NCBI GenBank assembly: GCA_934394565.1
Contig: CAKRQV010000002.1
Location: 16,792-80,791, forward strand
From: an uncultured Lachnospiraceae bacterium
Lineage (GTDB): Bacteria; Bacillota; Clostridia; Lachnospirales; Lachnospiraceae
DNA: 64,000 nt
Direction: 5' to 3'
This document shows positions 44,489-54,257 of this stretch, piece by piece (the first letter of the stretch is position 1; the number at the start of each line of letters is the position of its first letter). The notes under the pieces are model-generated. The model was not told the DNA's origin. It worked only from the letters and a program-made list of their open reading frames with translations, and did no database searches. Both the position numbers and the translations under genes were made by a program.

Positions 44489-45949
44489 ATGAAACTAAGT
44501 ATGTGGATGATCGCCAACCGACTGCATTCTTTAGATATGAAACTGGATATAAAGGAAGACGCACCTGTCATCTTAAACAGCGCACGAAGAGTCTATGCCA
44601 CTAACTGCGTGCATGTCTACAGCGAAGGCAACGATGTGATCTGTAACGGCGAGGGTGATTCGATCCGTTTTGAAAACACGGATCTGACACTTGGCTTTGA
44701 GATCGTTGCCAGCGTCTTTGATTATTTTCAGGACTGGATGGACCGGCTGATCCGGCTGTCCCGTGAGCATGATTATCAGGGAGTTGTGGATCTGGCCTAT
44801 GAAGTGTTTAAAAACCCGATCGTTCTGTTAGATGGTAATAACCGGGTACTCGGCATCACACGGCAGTATGATGCCGATGCACTGGATGATGAATGGGCCT
44901 ATCTGTCACAGTATGGCTATTCTTCTTTAAATGCCGTCCAGCAGATGCGCTATGATTATAACAATTTTGACTACTGGTATCATGGGCCGAAAAAATTCAG
45001 ATTCTCCGGCAGCAATCTGCTGGATTACGACGGTCTTACCTACTGTATGTACTGCAATGATTCAATCTGCGGACGCATCAATGTTCTTGCCAAAGACCGC
45101 CCTTTAAATGCCGGGGATTCCCAGCTGCTGGACCAGATCGCCATGATCCTGGAGCCGGTACTCGGTCAGACATATTACGAAAGTGTACTGAACCATACCA
45201 ATGTCTTCCATAATATCCTCTTTGGTCTGCCTTATGATAAACGGCAGCTGGACAAACAGCTGTCCTATCAGCAGTGGACGGCTGACAACGACTATTATCT
45301 GACTGTCATTGAAGTATTTGATATAGCCGGACGTCCTGCCACAGATGCCAATGTAGAACAGCTTTTACAGGTACTGGCCCGGCAGGCTTCCGGGTGTGCT
45401 GCAATGAAAAAAGATACCTGTATCCTGTTACTTGGCACTTCGAATCTGGTGCTCGATGTTTCCATGACACCGATCTTTAACACACTGACTGCCCGCAATC
45501 CGATCCGTATTGCCTTCAGTCTTCCGGTGCATGGCATTGAAAATGCAGGAACCCTATATAAACAGTGTTTATATGCTCTCCGAGAAGGCAAAAAGACACA
45601 TCTGGAAGGGAAATATTATGATTTCTTTGACTATGCCATAGACTATATCCTGGAATCCGGTTCCCTGCTGGCTTCTGTTCGTGCCTGCATGCCTGCGGTC
45701 GCTGATCTGTGGGAAAAGTATCAGCAAACCGGAGATGAACTGTTCCAGACATTAAAAACTTTTCTCGAAAACGAACGTTCTATCTCCAAAACCTCCGAAG
45801 CACTGTTTACCCACAGAAATACGGTACTCTACCGTATCCGAAAGATTCAGGGAATGCTGGATCACGATCTGAATGATCCTTATGTACGGGAATACTGTTT
45901 GCTGTCTATCAAAGTTCTGGAGTTGTACAATCGTAAAAATACTATATAA
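44489..45949 (+). CDS. PucR-family transcriptional regulator
   Basis: The C-terminal PucR HTH is SISKTSEALFTHRNTVLYRIRKIQGML. The ATG at 44489 follows an AAAGGAG ribosome binding site. The gene is divergent from the methyltransferase operon. Confidence 0.75.
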   Translation: MKLSMWMIANRLHSLDMKLDIKEDAPVILNSARRVYATNCVHVYSEGNDVICNGEGDSIRFENTDLTLGFEIVASVFDYFQDWMDRLIRLSREHDYQGVVDLAYEVFKNPIVLLDGNNRVLGITRQYDADALDDEWAYLSQYGYSSLNAVQQMRYDYNNFDYWYHGPKKFRFSGSNLLDYDGLTYCMYCNDSICGRINVLAKDRPLNAGDSQLLDQIAMILEPVLGQTYYESVLNHTNVFHNILFGLPYDKRQLDKQLSYQQWTADNDYYLTVIEVFDIAGRPATDANVEQLLQVLARQASGCAAMKKDTCILLLGTSNLVLDVSMTPIFNTLTARNPIRIAFSLPVHGIENAGTLYKQCLYALREGKKTHLEGKYYDFFDYAIDYILESGSLLASVRACMPAVADLWEKYQQTGDELFQTLKTFLENERSISKTSEALFTHRNTVLYRIRKIQGMLDHDLNDPYVREYCLLSIKVLELYNRKNTI

Positions 45950-45963
45950 ACTACAGCATACAT

Positions 45964-46007
45964 AAAAACGCTTTCTATCTTTATTTCATTGATAGAAAGC
46001 GTTTTTT
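45964..46007 (+). terminator. Rho-independent terminator of the PucR gene
   Basis: The stem AAAACGCTTTCTATC...GATAGAAAGCGTTTT is followed by a T-run. Confidence 0.6.
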
Positions 46008-46010
46008 CAT

Positions 46011-46048
46011 CAAAAAGGGAGAGCCGTCCAGGACAGCTCTCCCCTTTT
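46011..46048 (-). terminator. Rho-independent terminator of the decarboxylase operon
   Basis: The stem GGGAGAGC...GCTCTCCC is followed by TTTTT on the minus strand. Confidence 0.55.
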
Positions 46049-46072
46049 CACACTCCGTTAAAACGTCAAGGT

Positions 46073-47485
46073 TTAGACCGGATATGCCTTATTTTCAGCA
46101 TCTGCTACAGTAGCATCTACCTTTGTTTTCTGTGCATCTCTGTACTTGAAGTACTCTGTAGCTACCTGCGGGAACAGAGCGTAGGTCAGTACATCCTCTT
46201 CCTGCTCTGCATACGGAGCAACCTCTTCTTTCAGCTTATCCAGCTGCGGCGGAATCAGATCAGCAGGACGACAGGTGATCGGTTCTACATCGCCGATGCA
46301 TTTCTTCTGTACTTCTTTGTTGAACGGTTTTACAGTAGCGCCGTATTTACCGCTTAAGACATCCTTTGTCTGCTGCGGAACCATCTTATAACGCTCACCC
46401 TGGATAACGTTCATAACAGCCTGTGTACCAACGATCTGGGAAGACGGTGTTACCAGCGGGCACTCACCAAGATCCTCACGCACACGCGGAACCTCTTCGA
46501 GTACCTGATAGTACTTGTCTTCTGCGCCAAGATCCTTTAACTGGCTGGTCAGGTTGGACAGCATACCACCCGGTACCTGATACAGCAGAGTCTTGATGTT
46601 TACACCCAGGTTCTTCGGATTTAACAGACCGCTCTCCAGAGCCTCGTCACGGATCGGACGGAAGTAATCTGCGATCTCAGCCAGCAGATTCTGGTCAAAT
46701 CCCGTATCATACGGTGTGCCCTTGAAGGTCTCTACCATAACCTCTGTTGCCGGCTGGGAGGTACCCAGGGCAAACGGAGACATAGCGGTATCGATCACAT
46801 CAACACCAGCTTCAACAGCTTTCAGGTATGTCATGGAAGCTACACCGGAAGTATAGTGTGTATGCAGCTGGATCGGGATGCTGACAGTCTCTTTCAGAGC
46901 CTGTACCAGCTCCGTTGCCTTGTACGGCAGAAGCAGACCGGCCATATCCTTGATACAGATGGAGTTAGCACCCATATCTTCGATCTTCTTGGCCATCTCT
47001 GTCCAGTACTCCAGAGTATACGGCTCACCCAGTGTATAGGAAAGAGCCACCTGTGCATGTCCTTTTTCTTTATTAGCTGCTGTAACGGCTGTCTGCAGGT
47101 TGCGGATGTCGTTTAAGCAGTCAAAGATACGGATGATATCGATACCATTGGCGATGGATTTCTGTACAAAGTACTCTACAACATCGTCAGCGTACTGGCT
47201 GTAGCCCAGGATATTCTGGCCTCTGAACAGCATCTGCAGCTTGGTGTTCTTAAAGCCGTCACGGAACTTACGAAGTCTGTCCCACGGATCTTCCTTCAGG
47301 AAACGAAGGGATGCATCGAATGTAGCACCACCCCAGCACTCTACGGAATGATAGCCGACTTTATCCAGTTTATCAACGATCGGAAGCATCTGCTCTGTTG
47401 TCATACGGGTGGCGATCAGAGACTGATGTGCGTCACGCAGAATGGTTTCTGTAATTTTAATTGGCTTTTTAGCGATTTCTGCCAT
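46073..47485 (-). CDS. Oxaloacetate decarboxylase alpha / transcarboxylase 5S-type carboxyltransferase (no biotinyl domain)
   Basis: It has ITETILRDAHQSLIATRMTTEQM and HTHYTSG. The protein is 470 aa and ends before any MKM biotinylation motif. Confidence 0.85.
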   Translation of the reverse strand: MAEIAKKPIKITETILRDAHQSLIATRMTTEQMLPIVDKLDKVGYHSVECWGGATFDASLRFLKEDPWDRLRKFRDGFKNTKLQMLFRGQNILGYSQYADDVVEYFVQKSIANGIDIIRIFDCLNDIRNLQTAVTAANKEKGHAQVALSYTLGEPYTLEYWTEMAKKIEDMGANSICIKDMAGLLLPYKATELVQALKETVSIPIQLHTHYTSGVASMTYLKAVEAGVDVIDTAMSPFALGTSQPATEVMVETFKGTPYDTGFDQNLLAEIADYFRPIRDEALESGLLNPKNLGVNIKTLLYQVPGGMLSNLTSQLKDLGAEDKYYQVLEEVPRVREDLGECPLVTPSSQIVGTQAVMNVIQGERYKMVPQQTKDVLSGKYGATVKPFNKEVQKKCIGDVEPITCRPADLIPPQLDKLKEEVAPYAEQEEDVLTYALFPQVATEYFKYRDAQKTKVDATVADAENKAYPV

Positions 47486-47510
47486 GATTAAACCTCCATA
47501 TTATTTGAAA

Positions 47511-48668
47511 TTAAACACCGAAGATAGCCATGAATGTACCGGCTGCTACTGCAGTACCGATAACACCGGCAACGTTCGGACCCATTGCATGCATCAGAAG
47601 GAAGTTTGTCGGATCTGCCTCAGCACCGACCTTCTGAGATACACGAGCTGCCATAGGAACGGCAGAAACACCGGCGGAACCGATCAGCGGATTGATCTTG
47701 CCGCCTGTAGCCTTGCACATGATCTTACCAAACAGCACACCACCTGCAGTACCGATAGCGAATGCGATCAGACCCAGGATAACGATCTTGATTGTCTGCA
47801 TGTTCAGGAAAGCCTCGGCACTTGTGGTAGCACCAACGGAAGTTCCCAGCAGAATAACAACGATATACATCAGGGCATTGGAAGCTGTCTCCTGCAGCTG
47901 CTTAACCACACCACTCTCGCGGAACAGGTTACCAAGCATCAGCATACCAACCAGCGGAGCTGTGGTCGGAAGCAGCATACAAACAACGATGGTGATAACG
48001 ATCGGGAAAAGGATCTTCTCCAGTTTGGATACCGGACGAAGCTGCTCCATCTTGATCTTGCGCTCTTTTTCTGTTGTCAGAAGCTTCATGATCGGCGGCT
48101 GGATGATCGGTACCAGGGACATATACGAATATGCCGCCACGGCGATCGGTCCCATCAGCCCCGTCTGTCCCAGCTTACCGGCAAGGAAGATAGAGGTCGG
48201 TCCATCGGCACCACCGATAATGGAGATCGCTGCAGCTGCCTTTCCGCCGAATCCCATAAAGATGGCGAAGAAGTAAGCGGCATAGATACCCAGCTGAGCT
48301 GCTGCACCAAGCAGAAAGCTCTTCGGGTTTGCGATCAGCGGACCAAAGTCAGTCATCGCACCGACACCCATGAAAATCAGGGACGGCAGGATACTGTATT
48401 CATCCAGAATATAGAAATAATGCAATAAGCCGGCTGCATGCTCGATACCATTTGCATCCACGTATGCTTCAGCCATGATATCCGGATAGATATTAACTAA
48501 AAGCATACCGAAAGCGATCGGTACCAGAAGCAGAGGCTCAAATCCTTTTTTGATTGCCAGATACAGAAAGACACAGGCTACGGCGATCATGATGTAGTTG
48601 CCTACAGTCAGATTCATAAAGGCAGTCTGCGCTAACAGATTTGACAAAGTGTTAGTCACATAAGACAT
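47511..48668 (-). CDS. Na+-translocating decarboxylase beta subunit (OadB/GcdB/MmdB)
   Basis: It is polytopic, with motifs GADGPT and [15 protein letters not shown]. Confidence 0.9.
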   Translation of the reverse strand: MSYVTNTLSNLLAQTAFMNLTVGNYIMIAVACVFLYLAIKKGFEPLLLVPIAFGMLLVNIYPDIMAEAYVDANGIEHAAGLLHYFYILDEYSILPSLIFMGVGAMTDFGPLIANPKSFLLGAAAQLGIYAAYFFAIFMGFGGKAAAAISIIGGADGPTSIFLAGKLGQTGLMGPIAVAAYSYMSLVPIIQPPIMKLLTTEKERKIKMEQLRPVSKLEKILFPIVITIVVCMLLPTTAPLVGMLMLGNLFRESGVVKQLQETASNALMYIVVILLGTSVGATTSAEAFLNMQTIKIVILGLIAFAIGTAGGVLFGKIMCKATGGKINPLIGSAGVSAVPMAARVSQKVGAEADPTNFLLMHAMGPNVAGVIGTAVAAGTFMAIFGV

Positions 48669-48706
48669 TTTTGTACCTCCATAGTAGTTTCAAGCAAGTG
48701 TTTGAA

Positions 48707-49069
48707 TTAGTTCAGTGTAGCCAGTGTATCGCCGTTTTCTACGGTATCACCAACAGCTACATTGATGCTTGCTACGGTACCATCCTGCGGAGCAACAACC
48801 GGGATCTCCATCTTCATGGATTCCAGAACAACGATGCTGTCGCCGGCCTTTACGGCCTGTCCTACGGTTGCTTCTACCTTGAATACTTTGCCCGGTACGG
48901 AAGCGCCTACGGTTACGGAACCAGCGCCTGCTGCTGCCGGAGCTGCTGCTGCTTTCGGAGCTGCCTTCGGTGCTGCCTTCGGAGCTGCCACCGGTGCACC
49001 GGATGTCTGTCCTTCTTCAACGGTTACATCATATACATTGCCATTTACTGTGATTGTATAGGTTTTCAT
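48707..49069 (-). CDS. Biotin carboxyl carrier protein (1.3S/MmdC/GcdC-like)
   Basis: It has an Ala/Pro-rich linker and the biotinylation motif LESMKMEIP. Confidence 0.85.
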   Translation of the reverse strand: MKTYTITVNGNVYDVTVEEGQTSGAPVAAPKAAPKAAPKAAAAPAAAGAGSVTVGASVPGKVFKVEATVGQAVKAGDSIVVLESMKMEIPVVAPQDGTVASINVAVGDTVENGDTLATLN

Positions 49070-49087
49070 TCTTAAATCCTCCTGTGA

Positions 49088-49825
49088 TTAGGCGTTGCGC
49101 CATTTGCTCTTATTGACTTTTTTGATGGAACGAACTACAAAGCTGTCTGTTGAAGTATTCTCAGCGGCTGCAATAGCGGCTGCGATAACAGCAACAAGCT
49201 CCAGATCATCTGTCTCCTCAACAACCGGTGCAGCTGCGGGAGCCGGTGCCGATGCCTTTTTCTCTTCTTTCTTGCCTTCGCCGGAAAGCTTGCCGACATA
49301 TTTAAACAGGGAAATCAGGCAGCTCAAGAAGATCAGAATAATAAATACGATGCCGACACCCATCACGGTATTTAATCCGGCACGTTCCAGAGATTCACCA
49401 AGACTGTACTCAGCCTCGAAAGTGATAGACTCCGGTGTAAAACTCTGGGATTCCATTTTCAGGGTCAGGGTAACGATCGCTGTTCTCTGCTCGAACTGTG
49501 CGATGGATGTTACGGTGTATTCCTTATCATCCACCTCAACCTCTGTGCTGTTCAACCCCTTATAAGCGCCAAGTTCATCCATAACGCCCTCAAAGTTTGT
49601 TACAGCTGCAACAGTAAAGGTATCGTCTACCTGCTCGTACTGCTTAAGCTCGTCAGCGGACATACCGCCCAAAGTAGCAAGCAGGGAATCCATCTGCTGC
49701 TCCATATAGCTCTGTGTCGTCTCATCAACGGCAGCTACATCAACAGAAGAACCACAGGCTGCCAGAGATGCCATACACAGGACGGCAATAACAACTGCCA
49801 GTAATCTTTTTGTTATCTTTTTCAT
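49088..49825 (-). CDS. OadG/MmdD-like decarboxylase small subunit fused to an N-terminal lipoprotein domain
   Basis: It has a lipobox (LAACGSS), a TM helix (GVGIVFIILIFLSCLISLF), an Ala/Pro linker, and the C-terminal motif LVAVIAAAIAAA...VVRSIKK. The ATG at 49825 follows a GAGGTG ribosome binding site. Confidence 0.6.
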   Translation of the reverse strand: MKKITKRLLAVVIAVLCMASLAACGSSVDVAAVDETTQSYMEQQMDSLLATLGGMSADELKQYEQVDDTFTVAAVTNFEGVMDELGAYKGLNSTEVEVDDKEYTVTSIAQFEQRTAIVTLTLKMESQSFTPESITFEAEYSLGESLERAGLNTVMGVGIVFIILIFLSCLISLFKYVGKLSGEGKKEEKKASAPAPAAAPVVEETDDLELVAVIAAAIAAAENTSTDSFVVRSIKKVNKSKWRNA

Positions 49826-49839
49826 CTGCTTCACCTCGC

Positions 49840-51276
49840 TTAAATCGTGCCGTGTTTTTTAGCCGGGCGATTTTCTCTCTTTGCGTAAAGCATCTCAAAA
49901 GCACCGATCACATATTTTCTTGTATCTTCGGGCTCAATGATCGTATCAACGTATCCACGTTTTGCTGCGGAAACGACGTTGGACTGCAGTGCTTCATATT
50001 CTGCTGCCTTCTCATTTAATGTCTGTGCGTCAGCACCGGCATACATGATGTTTGCAGCGGATTTGGCTTCCATCATGCCGACTTTGGCTTCCGGCCATGC
50101 GTATACCATGTCCGCACCGATGGATTTACTGTTCATAGCCACGTAAGCGCTTCCGAATGCTTCACCGATGATAACATTTACTTTCGGTACAGTAGCATCT
50201 GCGAATGCATAGGTCAGGGAAGCAACAGCTTTGGCAATATTGTGCTCGGAGCACTTGGTAGCCAGGAAGCCCTTAACATTTGTCAGGGTCAGAACCGGGA
50301 TATTGAAAGCGTCACAGAATTTAACGAACTCTGCTGCTTTCTTTGCTCCGCGCGGGGAAAGAACAGCGTCAAATTTCTCAGCGATCTCACCGTCATCACC
50401 AAATACGGCTGTTCTGTTGGCTACGGCACCGACTGTTGTACCATTGAGTTTCATGAAACCGGTTACCATGCTGGTACCGTAATCTGCTTTTGTCTCGAAG
50501 AAGATCTGGTCATCTGCGATACGGCTCAGTGCTACAGCTGTATCTGCTGCACAGTCTTTGATATCTGCACATACACGGTTCAGATCGTCTTCACAGCCTG
50601 TAAATGTATCGTCATCTACATTGTTGGCCGGAAGCAGGGAAACCAGGGCACGGATCTGTGCCAGGATATCTTCCTGTGTACCAACGTAGTCGATCAGTCC
50701 TGTCTCTTTGCTCTGGTAAGCTGCGCTGGCGGTATCACATTTGGATACTTCGTTGCCTTCGATGGCATTCGGAGAGTTGACAAATAACTTTGCGTCTTTC
50801 TCTTCCATAAATGTAAAGTCCGTCATGCCCGGTACTAAAGCAAGTCCGCCGCCACATGTACCAAAGACTGCGGTGATCTGCGGAATCACACCGGATGCTG
50901 CTGCCTGTTTCTGGTAGATCTCGCCCAGTGCATTTAATGCATCTGTAGCTTCCTGAAGACGAATACCTGCACAGTCGATCAGTCCGATCACCGGTGCTCC
51001 GGTCTTCATAGCGAAATCATACAGTCTGGCGATCTTCTTGGCATGCATCTCGCCGACAGTTCCGCCTAATACGGAAGCGTCCTGGCTGTAGACATAGACA
51101 AGATTGCCGTCGATCACACCGTAACCTGTGATAACGCCGTCAGAAGGAGTTTCCTTCTCAGACATATTGAAATCAGTTGCTCTGGCTGTAACCTGGCCGC
51201 CGATTTCAACAAAACTGTTGTCGTCAAGCAGAGAAGCAATTCTCAGGCTTGCTGCGCTTTGTGCTGTGTTACTCAT
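49840..51276 (-). CDS. Acyl-CoA carboxyltransferase (12S / MmdA / PccB-like)
   Basis: It has the carboxyl_trans domain (VITGYGVIDGNLVYVYSQDASVLGGTVGEMHAKKI). The length is 478 aa. Confidence 0.85.
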   Translation of the reverse strand: MSNTAQSAASLRIASLLDDNSFVEIGGQVTARATDFNMSEKETPSDGVITGYGVIDGNLVYVYSQDASVLGGTVGEMHAKKIARLYDFAMKTGAPVIGLIDCAGIRLQEATDALNALGEIYQKQAAASGVIPQITAVFGTCGGGLALVPGMTDFTFMEEKDAKLFVNSPNAIEGNEVSKCDTASAAYQSKETGLIDYVGTQEDILAQIRALVSLLPANNVDDDTFTGCEDDLNRVCADIKDCAADTAVALSRIADDQIFFETKADYGTSMVTGFMKLNGTTVGAVANRTAVFGDDGEIAEKFDAVLSPRGAKKAAEFVKFCDAFNIPVLTLTNVKGFLATKCSEHNIAKAVASLTYAFADATVPKVNVIIGEAFGSAYVAMNSKSIGADMVYAWPEAKVGMMEAKSAANIMYAGADAQTLNEKAAEYEALQSNVVSAAKRGYVDTIIEPEDTRKYVIGAFEMLYAKRENRPAKKHGTI

Positions 51277-51470
51277 TAATTCAGCCCTCCATTTTTATTA
51301 GAATATATTTATTACAATTTCAGCCGAGTTTATTATAAGGGAAAAGGTTGGGATTTTCAATGGGCATTACGGCGAAATACACAAAAATTTTGATGATTTA
51401 TCGTACAAAAAGGAGATTTGTATTGTCGCTTTGTCGTTAGGGGGACTTATTTTTTTTGTAAGACGGACAA

Positions 51471-51553
51471 CACAGACAGGACATATATATACTCCCGCCG
51501 GTCGCAAACCGTTTTTAAGCGACTGGCGGGAGTATATATATGTCCTGTCTGTG
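51471..51553. repeat. Hairpin-repeat family member B (35-nt arms, 13-nt loop)
   Basis: CACAGACAGGACATATATATACTCCCGCCGGTCGC-aaaccgtttttaa-GCGACTGGCGGGAGTATATATATGTCCTGTCTGTG. The only imperfection is a G.T pair on the plus strand. Confidence 0.85.
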
Positions 51554-51636
51554 TCTGATTTTAAAAAAAGACAACCATATTTCTAAGTACCAATATGTAT
51601 GGGTGTGCATTCAGAGAGCAGCTACAAAATGGGGGA

Positions 51637-53133
51637 TCAGATATCTTTGGCAAGACCGAAGCTGCGTCCTACGGCCTGTTTCCAGCCGCGGATGAGGAGA
51701 CTCATTTTCTTTGTATCCATCTGCGGATTGAACTCGTGGCCGAGCTGCCAGTTGGTTTTGATTTCTTCAATATCTTTATAGTAGCCTGTGGCAAGGCCGG
51801 CGAGGTAGGCAGCGCCAAGGGCTGTGGTTTCGTAGGTCTGGGGGCGCAGTACCGGTGACTGTAAGATATCAGACTGAAACTGCATGAGGAAATTGTTGGC
51901 GCTGGCACCACCGTCGGCTTTTAATGCGCGGATCTGGATACCGGATACTTCTTCCATGACAGCTACGAGATCGCTGACCTGGTAGGCCAGGGATTCTACT
52001 GTAGCACGGATCACATGGTCTTTATTGGTTCCTCTGGTGAGGCCGACCAGAACACCTCTGGCATAGGGATCCCAGTAAGGTGCACCAAGACCGGTAAAGG
52101 CCGGTACGAGATATACGCCGTTGGTATCTTCTACTGCCAGACAGTGTTCTTCACTCTCTGCAGCGGTCTGGATCAGTCCCATCTCGTCTCTGAGCCACTG
52201 GATCGCCGCACCGGCTACGAATACACTGCCTTCGAGGGCATACTGGATCTCGCCGCCAACACTTGCGGCGATTGTTGTCAACAGACCGTCCCTGGCTTCT
52301 ACGGCACGGTTGCCGGTATTCATCAGAAGGAAGCAGCCTGTACCATAGGTGTTTTTAACTTCTCCCGGTTCAAAGCAGCACTGGCCGAAAAGAGCCGACT
52401 GCTGGTCTCCTGCTGCTCCGGCGATCGGGATCGCACCGCCAAGGATATTTTCTCTCGTATAGCCGTAAATACAGCTGGACGGCTTTACCTCCGGGAGCAT
52501 GGACGCCGGGATATGCAGCTCGTCGAGGATCTTCTGATCCCAGCACAGCTTGTGGATATCAAACAGCATCGTGCGGGAAGCGTTGGTATAATCGGTCACA
52601 TGTACCGTGCCGCCGGTCAGCTTCCAGATCAGCCAGGTATCGACTGTACCGAATAAGAGATCGCCTTTCTCAGCTTTTTCTCTCGCACCTTCGACATGAT
52701 CCAGAATCCAGGCGATCTTTGTTGCTGAAAAATATGGATCTGGAATCAGACCGGTCGTTTTCTGTATATATTCGCCCAGTGCACTGTTTTTTAACTTTTC
52801 TGCCTGTGACGCTGTACGACGGCATTGCCATACGATGGCATTATATACCGGTTTCCCGCTTAAACGGTCCCAGACGATCGTCGTCTCTCTCTGGTTCGTG
52901 ATACCGATGGCAGCCACATTATCAGCGGTCACACCGATCTTACTCATGGCCTCTACTGCCACCGTCAGCTGGGAGGACCAGATCTCCATCGGATCATGTT
53001 CAACCCACCCGGCCTTCGGATAAATCTGCTGGTATTCCTTCTGGGCGCTGCTGCACACCTTACCGGACTTGTCAAAAAGAATAGCTCTGGAGCTTGTTGT
53101 TCCCTGATCCAGGGACAGTATGTATTCCCACAT
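51637..53133 (-). CDS. glpK: Glycerol kinase
   Basis: It starts [18 protein letters not shown] and shows GlpK homology along its full length. The ATG at 53133 follows a TGGAGGAA ribosome binding site. Confidence 0.95.
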   Translation of the reverse strand: MWEYILSLDQGTTSSRAILFDKSGKVCSSAQKEYQQIYPKAGWVEHDPMEIWSSQLTVAVEAMSKIGVTADNVAAIGITNQRETTIVWDRLSGKPVYNAIVWQCRRTASQAEKLKNSALGEYIQKTTGLIPDPYFSATKIAWILDHVEGAREKAEKGDLLFGTVDTWLIWKLTGGTVHVTDYTNASRTMLFDIHKLCWDQKILDELHIPASMLPEVKPSSCIYGYTRENILGGAIPIAGAAGDQQSALFGQCCFEPGEVKNTYGTGCFLLMNTGNRAVEARDGLLTTIAASVGGEIQYALEGSVFVAGAAIQWLRDEMGLIQTAAESEEHCLAVEDTNGVYLVPAFTGLGAPYWDPYARGVLVGLTRGTNKDHVIRATVESLAYQVSDLVAVMEEVSGIQIRALKADGGASANNFLMQFQSDILQSPVLRPQTYETTALGAAYLAGLATGYYKDIEEIKTNWQLGHEFNPQMDTKKMSLLIRGWKQAVGRSFGLAKDI

Positions 53134-53152
53134 AAGATATTCCTCCAATACT

Positions 53153-54253
53153 TTAAATCTTTCCCTCTTTTTTTGCATAAGCCAGTATTTCCCGCAAGCC
53201 TTCTGCATATTCTCCGAGAGACTCTATATTCAAAGTATATATCACCTTATTGCACTTGTCTATCCATTTTTTGGCCCGTAAAACAGCCTCCTTACTTATC
53301 GGCTCAAACGGTGCTGTACTGATCGTTTCTTCTGCAAGTGCCATTGCTGAAGGATAATCCAGATCATTTTCCCACAATATCCCTGTCACAAAAGGAATAT
53401 TGTCTCTTTGCAGTCTTCGATAGATGGGTGTAGCGCTGCCATTGCCAGCGATCACAAACACCTTTGGTGTCCCCTGTACCCGCGCAAGCTCCAGATTTCC
53501 TGTTCTTTCTTCATATGTACCGGTTGTCATCTGATACAGCCTGGGAATATATCCTGCTGTAAAAATCTCTTCCGGAGTACCAAAGCGATCAATATGATCT
53601 CCTTTTACACACGCAATCTTATCAGAGATCCTGCCTGCCAGATCAAGCTCATGCAAAGACATGATCACAGACAGATTTCTTTTTCGTGACATGTTCTGTA
53701 TGATAGAGAGAAACTCCAGCTTGTAACGGATATCCAGAAAGGATGTAGGTTCATCCAGAACAATGATATCCGGCTGCTGGCAAAGCGCCCTGGCCAGCAT
53801 TACTCTTTGCTTTTGTCCATCGCTTGTTTTTGAAAAATCACGATCTGCCAGCGTATGTATTCCGACAAGCTCCATGGATTCCTCTACGATACTCTTGTCA
53901 CTCTCTGTCAGGACGCCGAATTTTCCGGTATACGGATAACGCCCGGTAGCCACAACCTCACGACACGTCATCATTTCCGGATGTATCCTTTCTGTCAATA
54001 CAACCGACAGATGTTTTGAAAGCTCTTGCCCTTCATACGTATCCATCGACTGACCATCGAGCACAGCCACTCCTCCCAATGGCTTTAGCTGCCGGATAAT
54101 ACTTCGGAGAATAGTTGTCTTTCCCGCACCGTTAGGGCCGATAAGCGTCAGGATCTCGCCTCTTTTTATCTGAAGACAGATATTCTGGATCAACGGTTTT
54201 CCATGATACCCCACAGTGAATCCTTCTGTATAAAAATAAAATTCGTCTTTCAT
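53153..54253 (-). CDS. Iron/cobalamin-type ABC transporter ATP-binding protein (BtuD/FepC-like) with a ~110-aa C-terminal extension
   Basis: Motifs are [18 protein letters not shown] and [12 protein letters not shown]. An additional C-terminal domain (...[39 protein letters not shown]...) belongs to no family I recognise. Confidence 0.85.
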   Translation of the reverse strand: MKDEFYFYTEGFTVGYHGKPLIQNICLQIKRGEILTLIGPNGAGKTTILRSIIRQLKPLGGVAVLDGQSMDTYEGQELSKHLSVVLTERIHPEMMTCREVVATGRYPYTGKFGVLTESDKSIVEESMELVGIHTLADRDFSKTSDGQKQRVMLARALCQQPDIIVLDEPTSFLDIRYKLEFLSIIQNMSRKRNLSVIMSLHELDLAGRISDKIACVKGDHIDRFGTPEEIFTAGYIPRLYQMTTGTYEERTGNLELARVQGTPKVFVIAGNGSATPIYRRLQRDNIPFVTGILWENDLDYPSAMALAEETISTAPFEPISKEAVLRAKKWIDKCNKVIYTLNIESLGEYAEGLREILAYAKKEGKI

Positions 54254-54257
54254 AGGC

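Noticed and set aside
47442-48428. Long antisense ORFs opposite real genes, for example 47442-48428 (328 aa), 20132-20875 (247 aa), 1458-2225, 57736-58710 and 10517-11302.
   Set aside because: These are shadow ORFs on the strand opposite well-supported genes. Their composition is biased and low-complexity (His/Arg/Cys/Gln-rich), they have no motifs, and they lack ribosome binding sites.
4553-51553. I considered whether the recurrent hairpins (4553, 29508, 51471) could be CRISPR repeats.
   Set aside because: They are single copies tens of kilobases apart, far longer than CRISPR repeats, and lack regularly spaced spacers. No cas genes are present.
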